The notes below the pieces were generated by a model. It did no database searches. It saw nothing but the letters and a program-made list of their open reading frames with translations, and was not told where the DNA came from. DNA of 64,000 nt, taken from NCBI GenBank assembly GCA_028818695.1, contig JAPPNK010000021.1, forward strand, positions 47,269 through 111,268, in the 5' to 3' direction. The stretch is from Candidatus Poribacteria bacterium (GTDB lineage: Bacteria; Poribacteria; WGA-4E; GCA-2687025). A program made the position numbers and the translations under genes. Shown piece after piece: positions 36,727 through 46,318 of this stretch; within the stretch, counting starts at the first letter, position 1; each line of letters opens with the position of its first letter.

Positions 36727-38571
36727 ATGCGGTTCGCTTGTCGAACGGATGGGAGCGGAGGCTTGATTCGACGCCTCCTTCTGTGCGCGGCGCTGACGGC
36801 GGCGTTTCAAACCGCTTTACACGCGGAGACGCCGTCCTACCCCCTGAAGAGCGTCACCCTGTTCGGTTTCCGCGCCTATCTGTCTGAATTTCGGAAGACG
36901 ACGGCCGAATTGAACGACAAGCCGTACGACAAGGCGCAGCTGCAAGCCGCCATTGACGGGATTGTGAGCCATTACCGCGAGAACGGCTATCGATTCGCGC
37001 GCGCGGCTCCTGTCAAAACGCGCCTGCTGCGCGGCAGATCGCCCGGCTACCACGCGACAGTGCGCATGGACGAAGGCGTTGTGCGCGAAATCGAAGTGCG
37101 CGGCGCCGCGCATACCCGCGAGGAGGTGATCCTAAGCCAGCTGCTGCTGAAACATGGAAAGGTGTATTTCGAAGCGGACAGGGAAGAGAGTGAACGCATC
37201 CTGCGCGAAAAACCCTACATCGGCGGAGCGAGCATACAGGCGGAAGCGGACCCTCAGACAAACCGCGTCAAGGCGATCGTGACGATTGAGGAGCTCTGGG
37301 GGCTGGTGCCGCGCTTCCGCTTGGTCGACACGGCAGGCGACACAACGCTCAAAGGCTTCCTGCGCGGCGAAATCGGTTTTTTAATAAATCTCACCGACTC
37401 CAACTTTCTAGGCAGCGGGCAGCGCTGGCGGTTTCAATACCGCTGGGACGCCAAAAGGTTCAACCGCGAAACGGATCGCATCGAAGGCGGACGAAGCCGC
37501 ACGGGAATACAGATGAACGATCCAAACCTTTTTGGAAGCCGATGGATATTCTCGGCGCAGTATCTGCAGCAGCCGCTCACCGACATTGACGCTTGGGAGG
37601 CGTCGCTCTCGCTTCCGTTATACTCGCTTCGGGCAAACTGGGCGGCGTCGCTGTCCGCATACGACTTCGGCCGTTTGAGCGACTACCGCCAGGACGGCGT
37701 TCTTCTTCGGCAGCGGGAACGTCATTTAAAGGGTCAAGCGGCGAGCGTCACAAGGGCGTTCGGGAAGCCGAATCGGCGGCTCTTGACCTCCGTATGGCTC
37801 CGCCATGGCATTGAAGAATCGCGCCTGACGCTGCCTGAAGAGCGGCAAGAACCGCGCGCAACCCATGCGCTCATCGGCGGGCAGGTGTCAGCGCGTTCCA
37901 TCCGCTTTCGTCAGTACCGCAATCTGGACAGGATGGGAAATGTGGAGGACATTGCGCTTGGGCATTCGTTCAATGTCGGCGCCGGCGTCGGTCTGACGGC
38001 TCTCTCAAACGATCTGAACGAACTGCGCCCGTCGCTGTCGTACCGCATATCGGCGCCGATCGGACAGGAGATTCTGTGGCAGAGCGCGTTGTCCGCGGAA
38101 GGTTCCTATCATTTTGAATCTGCCCGTCTGGAGGATGCGTCGGCGCTGGTTTATACGCGGCTGTTTCTTCGGCGCGGCTCATCGAGAATGGCGGTCGTCC
38201 GCGCCCAGTACGAATCGCGCTTCCGCCCCCGCCTAGAGAGCAATCTGCTGCTGGGAGGCGAGTTTGGCATACGGGGCTACAGCTCCCGCGCGCTGGACGG
38301 TCAAAGCAAGATCATATTGAACATTGAGGCGCGGCAGACGGTCTGGGAGCATCCGTTTTTTGCGGCGATGGGCGCGCTGTTTTACGACCACGGCTTCATC
38401 TGGCGGGATTCCCCAGCATGGAGCAATACCGCCCGCAGCGTCGGGTTCGGGCTGCGCATCGGCGTCCGTCGGATTGCGCGCGCGCCCGTCCTGCGCGTTG
38501 ACGCCGCCTACGGCTTCGACTCATCCTCTCCCGGCTGGCTTCTTCACTTCGGCACGGGTCACCATTTTTAA
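36727..38571 (+). CDS. Omp85/BamA-TamA family outer membrane protein (POTRA + beta-barrel)
   Basis: Signal peptide; Y.E.GY..A and IEVRG...T...VI POTRA motifs; D.NFLGSGQ; LGG..GIRGY; SVGFGLR; C-terminal Phe. Confidence 0.88.
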   Translation: MRFACRTDGSGGLIRRLLLCAALTAAFQTALHAETPSYPLKSVTLFGFRAYLSEFRKTTAELNDKPYDKAQLQAAIDGIVSHYRENGYRFARAAPVKTRLLRGRSPGYHATVRMDEGVVREIEVRGAAHTREEVILSQLLLKHGKVYFEADREESERILREKPYIGGASIQAEADPQTNRVKAIVTIEELWGLVPRFRLVDTAGDTTLKGFLRGEIGFLINLTDSNFLGSGQRWRFQYRWDAKRFNRETDRIEGGRSRTGIQMNDPNLFGSRWIFSAQYLQQPLTDIDAWEASLSLPLYSLRANWAASLSAYDFGRLSDYRQDGVLLRQRERHLKGQAASVTRAFGKPNRRLLTSVWLRHGIEESRLTLPEERQEPRATHALIGGQVSARSIRFRQYRNLDRMGNVEDIALGHSFNVGAGVGLTALSNDLNELRPSLSYRISAPIGQEILWQSALSAEGSYHFESARLEDASALVYTRLFLRRGSSRMAVVRAQYESRFRPRLESNLLLGGEFGIRGYSSRALDGQSKIILNIEARQTVWEHPFFAAMGALFYDHGFIWRDSPAWSNTARSVGFGLRIGVRRIARAPVLRVDAAYGFDSSSPGWLLHFGTGHHF

Positions 38572-38650
38572 GACCGCTCTCTCTTGCGCGTACATGCCGC
38601 AGGCGGTATGATGAGCCTTCCGTTCAGACATCATCGATAGAGGCGTCCGT

Positions 38651-39823
38651 ATGAAAATCGCGTCCGTATCCGCCGAGTGGATCCATGTCCCGATACCGTA
38701 TGAGAAGCAGCATGTGAGCGATTTTGGCAGAATCGCCTCCTTTGACACAACCCTTGTGCGCGTTGAGACAGAATGCGGACTTGCGGGCTACGGCGAGTCG
38801 AAGGCGGCTGTCGGCAGCTCCGGCGTTTACCATGCGCTCGTAACGACAGTGGAGAAGGAACTGGCGCCGATTGTGATCGGGGAGGATCCGCGGAATCCAG
38901 CGCGTCTATGGGAGCTCATGTATAACGGAACGCGCGCGCATTACGCGCTTGACGAGGGGCGCGTCTTTCCGATACTCGGCCGGCGCGGGGCGACCGTCTC
39001 GGCAATGAGCGGAATCGACATGGCTCTCTGGGACATACTCGGCAGATCGCTCAACGCGCCTGTCTGGCAGCTCCTCGGCGGAAAATGCCGCGACAAGATG
39101 CGCGCCTACGCCTCCGGCGGATGGGCGCCCGTTGAAACGATCGGGGAGCAGCTGCTCAGCTATGTGGAAGCGGGCGGATTTGACGCGGTCAAGATGCGCA
39201 TCGGCATCGCGGACGGGCGGGTGGAAGACTCGGTCGCCCGCGTCTATGCGGCGCGCGAAGCGCTCGGCAGCCGAATCGACATCATGACAGACGCGCATGG
39301 CACCTTCAGCGTCGCCGGCGCGAAGCGTTTCTGCAGAGAAGCCGCGGACGCCAACATCGCATGGTTTGAGGAGCCTGTAGTCGCGGACGACAAGGCGGGC
39401 TGCGCCGAGGTGCGCGCCTCCACCGACATACCGATCGCCGCCGGCGAAAGCGAATTCACCCGCTTCGACTTCCGCGATCTGGCTGATCAGCGGGCGGTCG
39501 ATATTTTTCAGCCCGACCTAGCCATCTGCGGCGGCGTAACCGAAGCGATGCGCATCGCGGCGCTCGGATCGGCGTATCAGATACAGCTGGCGCCGCATCT
39601 GTGGGGCGGCGCGCTCATGTTCTCCGCCGGCATGCAGATCGCAGCCGCCGCGCCGAATGTGTTTATCCTTGAATACTCCTTAGGCGCAAATCCGATGCTC
39701 CATGACCTTGCCCAAGAAGAATTTCCGGTGGAGAACGGACAGATCGAAATACCCGACCGACCGGGGCTGGGCGTCACGGTGAATGAGGAGTTTGTAAAAC
39801 GCCATCGTGTCGAAACAGGCTAA
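38651..39823 (+). CDS. Mandelate racemase/muconate lactonizing enzyme family protein
   Basis: GYGES, SGIDMALWDILG, KMRIG, DAH, WFEEP, AGESE, QPDL...GG, APH, PGLGV. Confidence 0.93.
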   Translation: MKIASVSAEWIHVPIPYEKQHVSDFGRIASFDTTLVRVETECGLAGYGESKAAVGSSGVYHALVTTVEKELAPIVIGEDPRNPARLWELMYNGTRAHYALDEGRVFPILGRRGATVSAMSGIDMALWDILGRSLNAPVWQLLGGKCRDKMRAYASGGWAPVETIGEQLLSYVEAGGFDAVKMRIGIADGRVEDSVARVYAAREALGSRIDIMTDAHGTFSVAGAKRFCREAADANIAWFEEPVVADDKAGCAEVRASTDIPIAAGESEFTRFDFRDLADQRAVDIFQPDLAICGGVTEAMRIAALGSAYQIQLAPHLWGGALMFSAGMQIAAAAPNVFILEYSLGANPMLHDLAQEEFPVENGQIEIPDRPGLGVTVNEEFVKRHRVETG

Positions 39824-39930
39824 CAGCGCCGCCCTTTAAGTTGGACATATCAGCGGACGAGCGCGAGCGGTTTCTGCGCCGCTCCTAAGAGTCCCGCTTG
39901 CGCGGGAGTAATCATGTAAATGACGGTCTG

Positions 39931-39975
39931 GTTGGCGAAGCCTTTTCCTTTAAAGAAAGGCTTTGTTCGTCCAAC
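39931..39975. terminator. Hairpin between convergent genes, possible bidirectional terminator
   Basis: GTTGG-CGAA-GCCTTT...AAAGGC-TTTG-TTCG-T-CCAAC inverted repeat. Confidence 0.5.
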
Positions 39976-40037
39976 GGTCCCAGCTTTATGCGAGAGGTCA
40001 GCGGAATGCGGTTGATGCCCCGACTTAGAGAGATTGT

Positions 40038-41228
40038 TTAAAAAGAGAACTGGGCGAATTGCATCGACAACTGCGTTTCGGTTCGCTCAAACGGCGTATG
40101 TTGCGCGGTTGAGCTTGGACGCCTGAACAGTCTGGACGTCGAGAGGTGGTATCCAAGCGTGGAGACGAGCGGCGAAAAGATAGCGCCGATGCGCGCCCCG
40201 TGTATCAGGTCGCGCCGGGTCGGATTCTCATTGCTCAACTTGACAACCAGCGCGCCAATCAACGGCGGCAGGACCGCGCCCGCAAACGCGCTTCTGGAAG
40301 CGCCATGCCCAAAGCTGACCAGCCTGCCGACCTCCGGAACGCGCATCATGGAGCTCAAAACAAGGCCGGACGCCATGATCGTCAGCTGATCGTCCGTCTC
40401 CTTGTAACCCATAACGGAGGCGACGAAGAGAAGCCACCCGCCCATCGCGGTTCCAGTGAAATAGCTGCCGAGTATCTGCGCCCCAATCGTTTTCGGCGTG
40501 GAGAACCGCTGTTGCATGCTGTCTTCAAAGCCGGGCTGCGGCAGCGCCCATTTCACCATTTCCATGTTGGCGACCGCGCGCGTGTATTTCGGGTCGATCT
40601 CCAGAGCGGTTTGGAACGCCTCATACGCGTCGGAGTACCGTTCTAGATCATAATACGTCTCTCCGAGCAGGTTCCATATCTCCGCCGTACCGTTTTTCTG
40701 AACCGCCTGCTCTAAGAGCGCCGCCGCCCTGCCGTATTCGCCCTGGCGCCGCTCCTGCTGAGCCATTCTTTTCAAATTGTCGGCCGAGGCGCCTTCCGCG
40801 CCGAGCAGCGTCAGCTCCCTTTTCACCTTTTCCATGTTGACGGCCGCGTGTGTATATTTCGGATCAACCTCCAGAGCAGTTTGGAACGCCTCGTATGATT
40901 CGAGGTACCGTTCCAGCTCATAATACGCCTCTCCGAGCAGGTTCCACATCTCCGCCGTCCCTTTTCTCTGAACCGCCATCTCTAAGATCTTCGCCGAGAC
41001 GTCGTATTGGCCAACTTGCTGCGCCTGACTAGCCATTCTTTTCCATTCGTCGGCAGGGATCTTGTCGAGGTCGGGATCGGAGTCTTCCGGTATTTTCAAT
41101 TCGCCGGCCGGGACCCTGTCGGAGCCTTCCGGTTGCGCCGCGCCTTCGGCGCCTTCTTCAGCCGCCGCCGCGCACGCCAAGATCAACAAAAACGCCGACG
41201 CGCATGCAAGTAAATTAAGCCGCTTCAA
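40038..41228 (-). CDS. Exported TPR protein with hydrophobic Gly-rich C-terminal domain (2 TPR blocks)
   Basis: TTG start overlaps the PhyH 3' end; signal peptide; AEMWNLLGE.YY.L.RY..A..AFQTALE.DP repeats; ends QLSMQFAQFSF. Confidence 0.88.
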   Translation of the reverse strand: MKRLNLLACASAFLLILACAAAAEEGAEGAAQPEGSDRVPAGELKIPEDSDPDLDKIPADEWKRMASQAQQVGQYDVSAKILEMAVQRKGTAEMWNLLGEAYYELERYLESYEAFQTALEVDPKYTHAAVNMEKVKRELTLLGAEGASADNLKRMAQQERRQGEYGRAAALLEQAVQKNGTAEIWNLLGETYYDLERYSDAYEAFQTALEIDPKYTRAVANMEMVKWALPQPGFEDSMQQRFSTPKTIGAQILGSYFTGTAMGGWLLFVASVMGYKETDDQLTIMASGLVLSSMMRVPEVGRLVSFGHGASRSAFAGAVLPPLIGALVVKLSNENPTRRDLIHGARIGAIFSPLVSTLGYHLSTSRLFRRPSSTAQHTPFERTETQLSMQFAQFSF

Positions 41229-42018
41229 TTCGATTCCCCTGACAGTGTACTGGTCTAAAGAGCGATTGCCGTTTTTTCGGCATGGAGGCGACCAGCTCAG
41301 GATGCGGTTCCCAGCTGTGCCACTTGCTGCCGACAGTGTTATAGCAGTTGAAGACGGCGACGCGGTCGCGCTCTGCGTTCTCCCAGCGCGCGCCCGTGTG
41401 CGTGATCGCCTCCGTAAAGAACAGCGCTGAGCCTGCGGGGCATTCGTAGCTGTCCCACAGGTCGCTGTCGCGGTCTTGCATCTCCTTTGGAGCCGAAAAG
41501 ACCGCTTTGTGGCTCCCTGTCAAAAAGAGCGTTCCGCCCTCCCGTTTGTTGACAGGGTTCAATTCCCAGACAACGCGCGTCAGCCCGCTGTTCGCCTTGC
41601 CTGGGACGCAGGAGTAGGTGTGATGGTTGCCGGGAAAACGCATGAGACCGTTGCCGCCGTGCGGACGGAAATTGTCATGCCCTTTTGAGCGAATTGTCAA
41701 AAAGCTCCCTTCAAAACGGAAGCCGTACCCGTCCGCCGAAGCGAGCGGCATATGCGCCACAAACTCGTTCATGAAGCCGACGACGACAGGATGGTCGGTG
41801 AGCCGTTGAAGCGGTCCGCCGATGGAGGAGCGGTCTTTCGGCTCCAAGCCGTTCGGGTTGTTTTTCAGCTCGTAGCAGAAATCGCGCATCTCCTTGATCT
41901 CGTCGTTGGAGAGAACGCCTGGGACGGCGATCCAACCGTGTATATCGAAGAGATACTTTTGCCTCTCGGTGAATTCGATGGCGGGCAAGCCTTCTGAATT
42001 GATGTGAACAGGGTCCAT
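41215..42018 (-). CDS. Phytanoyl-CoA dioxygenase (PhyH)-like protein
   Basis: FTERQKYLFDIHGW..VPGVL, PHGG, GGT.F..GSHK, PAGSALFFTEA.THTG..W....R. Confidence 0.85.
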   Translation of the reverse strand: MDPVHINSEGLPAIEFTERQKYLFDIHGWIAVPGVLSNDEIKEMRDFCYELKNNPNGLEPKDRSSIGGPLQRLTDHPVVVGFMNEFVAHMPLASADGYGFRFEGSFLTIRSKGHDNFRPHGGNGLMRFPGNHHTYSCVPGKANSGLTRVVWELNPVNKREGGTLFLTGSHKAVFSAPKEMQDRDSDLWDSYECPAGSALFFTEAITHTGARWENAERDRVAVFNCYNTVGSKWHSWEPHPELVASMPKKRQSLFRPVHCQGNRIEAA

Positions 42019-42185
42019 GCTGCGCCTTTCGCCTTCAGTCGTTCATACCTTCACTCTTAGTATAACGTACACGGAACGGAGACGCATGTCTTCTCGGCGC
42101 CTGATTCTTGGATTGAGCGCCGCGTTAGGCTGAATCGGTCAGAGGTCTGCGGTATGCGGTTGACGCCCGACTTAGAGAGGATTGT

Positions 42186-44192
42186 TTAAAAAGAGAACTG
42201 GGCGAATTGCATCGACAACTGCGTTTCGGTTCGCTCAAACGGCGTATGTTGCACGATTGATCTCGGATGTTTGAGCAGTCTGGACGTCGAGAGGTGATAT
42301 CCGAGCGTGGAGAAGAGCGGCGAAAAGATAGCGCCGATGCGCGCCCCGTTGATCAGGTCGCGCCGGGTCGGGTTCTCATTGCTCAATCTGACGACCAGCG
42401 CGCCAATCAGCGGCGGTAGGACCGCGCCCGCAAACGCGCTTCTGGAGGCGCCATGCCCAAAGCTGACCAGCTTGCCGACCTCCGGAACGCGCATCATGGA
42501 GCTCAAAACAAAGCCGGACGCTATGATCGTCAGCCGATCGTCCACCTCGTAACCGACAACGGAGGAGACGAAGAGAAGCCACCCGCCCATCGCGGTTCCA
42601 GTGAAGTAGCTGCCGAGTATTTGCGCCCGAACCGTTTTCGGCGTGGAGAACCGCTGCTGCATGCTGTCTTCAAAGCCGGGCTGCGGCAGCGCCCATTTTA
42701 CCACTTCCATGTTGGCGACCGCGGGCGTGTATTTCGGGTCAATCTCCAGAGCGGTTCGGAACGCCTCATACGCTTCGACGTACCGCTCCAGATCATAATA
42801 CACCTCTCCGAGCAGGTTCCACATCTCCGCCGTACCGTCTTTCTGAACCGCCTGCTCTAAGAGCGCCGCCGCCTTGCCGTATTCGCCCAGGCGCCGCCCC
42901 AGCTGAGCCATTTGTTTCAAATCGTCGGCCGAGGCGTCGTCGAAGTCTTCCGCGCTGAGCAGCGTCATATCTCTTTTCACCATTTCCATGTTGGCGGCCG
43001 CGCGTGTGTATTTCAGGTCAATCTCCAGAGCGGTTTGGAACGCCTTGTACGATTCGAGGTACTGTTCCTGATCATAATACACCTCTCCGAGCAGGTTCCA
43101 CATCTCCGCCGTCCCGCTCTTTCGAACCGCCCCCCCTAAGAGTACCGCCGCGATGCGGTATCCGCCCCAGCGCTGCGCCTGAAGAGCCATTCTTTTCAAA
43201 TCGTCGACCGAGGCGTCTTCGCCGCCTACCTCCACCCTGCCAAGCTGCGACAGCGTCTTTTTCACCATTTCCATGTTGGCGGCCGCGTGTGGGTATTTCG
43301 GATCAATCTTCAGAGCGGCTCGGAACGCGAAGTACGATGCAGAGTACCATCCCAGCTCATAATACGCCTCTCCGAGCAGATTCCACATCTCCGCCGTACC
43401 GTCTTTCTGAACCGCCTGCTCTAAGAGCGCCGCCGCCTTGCCGTATTCGCCCACGCGCTGCGCCTGAAGAGCCATTTTTTTCATATTATCGGCCGAGACG
43501 TTGTCGAAACCTTCCGCGCCGGGCAGCGACAGCTTCCATTTTACCACTTCCATGTTGGCGGCCGCGCGTGTGTATTTCGGGTCGATCTCCAGAGCGGTTT
43601 GGAGCGCCTCAGACGCTTCGGAGTACCGTTCCAGCTCATAATACGTCTCTCCAAGCAGGTTCCACATCTCCGCCGTACCGTTTTTCTGAACCGCCTGCTC
43701 TAAGAGCGCCGCCGCCTTGCCGTATTCGCCCACGCGCTGCGCCTGAAGAGCCATTTTTTTCATATTATCGGCCGAGACGTTGTCGAAACCTTCCGCGCCG
43801 GGCAGCGACAGCTTCCATTTTACCACTTCCATGTTGGCGGCCGCGCGTGTGTATTTCGGGTCGATCTCCAGAGCGGTTTGGAACGCCTCATACGCTTCGG
43901 AGTACCGCGCCTGATCATAATACGCCTCTCCGAGCAGGTTCCATATCGCCGCTGTCCCGTTTTTCTGAACCAGCTGCTCTAAGAACGCCGGCGGCAAGTC
44001 GTCGGCCGAGAGGTTGTCGAGATCAAGGCCTTCCGCCTGACGCCTCGCCTCGGAGTCCCCTTCCGCTTGGTTTCTCGCCTCCGATTCGTCTTCCGGTTGC
44101 GCCGCGCCTTCGACGCCTTCTTCAGCCGCCGCCGCGCACGCCAAGATCAACAATAACGCCGACGCGCATGCAAATAAATTAAGCCGCTTCAA
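42186..44192 (-). CDS. Exported TPR protein, expanded paralog (5 TPR blocks)
   Basis: TTG start at 44192 is equivalent to 41228; same signal peptide and C-terminal domain; near-identical 279-bp (93 aa) internal repeats, e.g. 43441 vs 43720. Confidence 0.88.
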   Translation of the reverse strand: MKRLNLFACASALLLILACAAAAEEGVEGAAQPEDESEARNQAEGDSEARRQAEGLDLDNLSADDLPPAFLEQLVQKNGTAAIWNLLGEAYYDQARYSEAYEAFQTALEIDPKYTRAAANMEVVKWKLSLPGAEGFDNVSADNMKKMALQAQRVGEYGKAAALLEQAVQKNGTAEMWNLLGETYYELERYSEASEALQTALEIDPKYTRAAANMEVVKWKLSLPGAEGFDNVSADNMKKMALQAQRVGEYGKAAALLEQAVQKDGTAEMWNLLGEAYYELGWYSASYFAFRAALKIDPKYPHAAANMEMVKKTLSQLGRVEVGGEDASVDDLKRMALQAQRWGGYRIAAVLLGGAVRKSGTAEMWNLLGEVYYDQEQYLESYKAFQTALEIDLKYTRAAANMEMVKRDMTLLSAEDFDDASADDLKQMAQLGRRLGEYGKAAALLEQAVQKDGTAEMWNLLGEVYYDLERYVEAYEAFRTALEIDPKYTPAVANMEVVKWALPQPGFEDSMQQRFSTPKTVRAQILGSYFTGTAMGGWLLFVSSVVGYEVDDRLTIIASGFVLSSMMRVPEVGKLVSFGHGASRSAFAGAVLPPLIGALVVRLSNENPTRRDLINGARIGAIFSPLFSTLGYHLSTSRLLKHPRSIVQHTPFERTETQLSMQFAQFSF

Positions 44193-44381
44193 TTCGATTC
44201 CCCTGACAGTGTACTGGTCTAAAGAGCGATTGTCGTTTTTCGGCATGGAGGCGACCAGCTCAGGATGCGGTTCCCAGCTGTGCTACTTACTGCCGACAGA
44301 AAACGCCTGGGACGGCGATCCAACCGTGTATATCGAAGAGATACTTTTGCCGCTCGGTGAATTCGATGGCGGGCAAGCCTT
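44179..44381 (-). pseudogene. PhyH pseudogene (deleted copy of 41215..42018)
   Basis: Matches 41215-41336 and 41912-41993. A ~575 bp internal deletion, a 35 bp GCCTT-bounded deletion that removes the ATG, and a T6 to T5 frameshift. Confidence 0.9.
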
Positions 44382-44620
44382 TCGCCTTCAATCGTTTTAT
44401 GCCTTCACTTTTAATATAACGTACACGGAATGAAGACGCATGTCTTCTCGGCGCCTGATTCTTGAATTGCGCGCTTCGTTAGGCTGAATCGGGCAGTCGT
44501 CTCGATGTTCTGAGCAGAGGGAACATGCTGCGCGGGAATAACCAGCTTCTCGACCGAGGGGAAGTAGGAGGCATACCATCCGCTTTCAAAGAAAATCTGA
44601 AGCGCCATGAGCCGCTGGCG

Positions 44621-46282
44621 TCATACCGCAGCGGCGGGAGCCAGCGCCTGCTCTAGCCCGACCAGCTGAAAGTAGTCCGACTCGGACAGCCGCCCCTGTT
44701 CGCTTTCGACGCCCTCGTCAACAAACCGATCAAACAGCTCCTCTTTATCTTTTAAAATGGCGTCAATCTTCTCCTCGATGGTGTTCGCCGCGACAAGCCG
44801 CGTTACGATCACATCGCGCCGCTGCCCCAGCCGATAGGCGCGGTCCTCCGCCTGACGCTCCACCGCAGGGTTCCACCATCGATCATAATGAAACACATAC
44901 GAGGCTTCCTGCAGGTTCAAACCGACGCCCCCCGCCTGCAGCGAGATGAGCATCGCCTTCGCGTCGGAGTCCTCTTTGAAGCGCGCCAGAGCCGCCTCTT
45001 TTTGAGAGGGCCATAGCCCGCCGTGGTAGGGAACAGGGTTGAACTCCTCCAGCCGCGCTTCGATGAAATCGAGCGTCTTTCGGTATTGCGAGAAGATGAG
45101 CGCCTTTTCGCCCCGTTCCGCGATCGCCTTGAGCGAATCGCGCAGATAGTTCAGCTTGACGCTTTTTTCGGTCAGCGGATCGTAGTTGCAGATCTGCTTG
45201 AGCCGCGTGATGAGAGCCAGCACATGCTGCAGCGTCACCGAATCGCCCATATGCTGCAGCCGCGTTTCGCCCCTGCTTTCCGCCGCGTCGTACGCTTTTC
45301 GCTGCGCGGGGGTCAGGTCTAGCCGGGCGGTTCGGACATGTTTTTCTGGCAGGTCTTTCAGCGCGGCCGATTTGTGTCGGCGCAGGTAGTAGGGCGCCAT
45401 GATCTTCCGCGCCTCCTCCGGCTCCGCCGCCTCGCCGATGGAAAGCTGCGGGTCTAGAAACTGCCCGATGGAGCAGAGGTCGGAGACCCTGTTCTCAATC
45501 GGCGTTCCCGTCAGGCACCATGAGGCTCGCCTCGGCAGCGCCTTCACCGCTTTGGCGACGCGCGTTTCGGCGTTTTTGATGCGCTGCGCCTCATCCAGAA
45601 TGATCAGATCAAAGCCGCATTCAGACATCCGCTCCAGATCGTTGCGCGCCGTTTCATAGCCGACGATCCAGACATGGTAGGGTCCGCTCCACAGCTTGCC
45701 GCGTTTTTTCGCGTCGCCTGCGACGACAACGGCGGAGGCTTCAGGCGCCCAGCGTTCAAATTCCGCTTTCCAATTTGATTTGAGACCGGCGGGGCAAACG
45801 GCGAGAATGGAGCGAATCAGCCCGCTGTTCAAAAGAAACCGCGCCGCCACAATCGCCTGTATCGTCTTGCCAAGCCCCATGTCGTCCGCCAGCAAAGCCC
45901 GGCGCCGGTTGGCAAGAAAAGAGACGCCCTCGGCTTGATATGGATACAACGCAAAAGGCAGGTCGAACCCGCGTTTGAGCGCGTCTTCCAGCGGCGGTAT
46001 GAGCAGAAAGTATTGCTCCCAAGCAGCGTCTTTCTCCGCCGTGAGAGTCTGCGCCGCCGCGGAGAGCGCGTCCTGAACCGGCTTGTCAAGCAGGGTCATC
46101 GCGTTCAGCTGCTCGGCGGAAAGCTCTAGATTGAAGAATCGGTCGCCGCGGACGGCCGGCAGAGGCGGTGTCGGCGTCAACTCGCGCGCGTTCAAGGGCG
46201 GCGATATGTCCACGCCGCGCACCTTCATCCCGAAGATCCGATCCTCCATTTGAACCTCCGCCTGATCGATCCGACCGTCCAT
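44621..46282 (-). CDS. SNF2/SWI2 family helicase-like ATPase
   Basis: LYPYQ.EG, LLADDMGLGKTIQ, ILDEAQRIKN, LTGTPIEN, ALIFSQY, GG.GLNLQ.A, DRWWNPA.E.QA.DRA.R.GQ. Confidence 0.95.
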   Translation of the reverse strand: MDGRIDQAEVQMEDRIFGMKVRGVDISPPLNARELTPTPPLPAVRGDRFFNLELSAEQLNAMTLLDKPVQDALSAAAQTLTAEKDAAWEQYFLLIPPLEDALKRGFDLPFALYPYQAEGVSFLANRRRALLADDMGLGKTIQAIVAARFLLNSGLIRSILAVCPAGLKSNWKAEFERWAPEASAVVVAGDAKKRGKLWSGPYHVWIVGYETARNDLERMSECGFDLIILDEAQRIKNAETRVAKAVKALPRRASWCLTGTPIENRVSDLCSIGQFLDPQLSIGEAAEPEEARKIMAPYYLRRHKSAALKDLPEKHVRTARLDLTPAQRKAYDAAESRGETRLQHMGDSVTLQHVLALITRLKQICNYDPLTEKSVKLNYLRDSLKAIAERGEKALIFSQYRKTLDFIEARLEEFNPVPYHGGLWPSQKEAALARFKEDSDAKAMLISLQAGGVGLNLQEASYVFHYDRWWNPAVERQAEDRAYRLGQRRDVIVTRLVAANTIEEKIDAILKDKEELFDRFVDEGVESEQGRLSESDYFQLVGLEQALAPAAAV

Positions 46283-46318
46283 ATCGCTGCCTCTCCTTTC
46301 CCGGTCATGTCTTTTTCA

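Larger units (their letters stand above)
39993..44496 (-). repeat. Head-to-tail tandem duplication of a promoter-PhyH-TPR unit (39993-42140 and 42141-44496)
   Basis: AGAGGTC.GCGG.ATGCGGTTGA..CCCGACTTAGAGAG begins both units, and GTTAGGCTGAATCGG ends both. Confidence 0.92.

Noticed and set aside
43004-44182. 392 aa repetitive plus-strand ORF
   Set aside because: Antisense shadow of the 279-bp TPR repeats; Pro/Arg-rich with no RBS.
44505-44526. ATGTTC-N10-GAACAT inverted repeat as an SOS box
   Set aside because: Spacing matches no LexA box I know; more likely a small hairpin downstream of the SNF2 gene.
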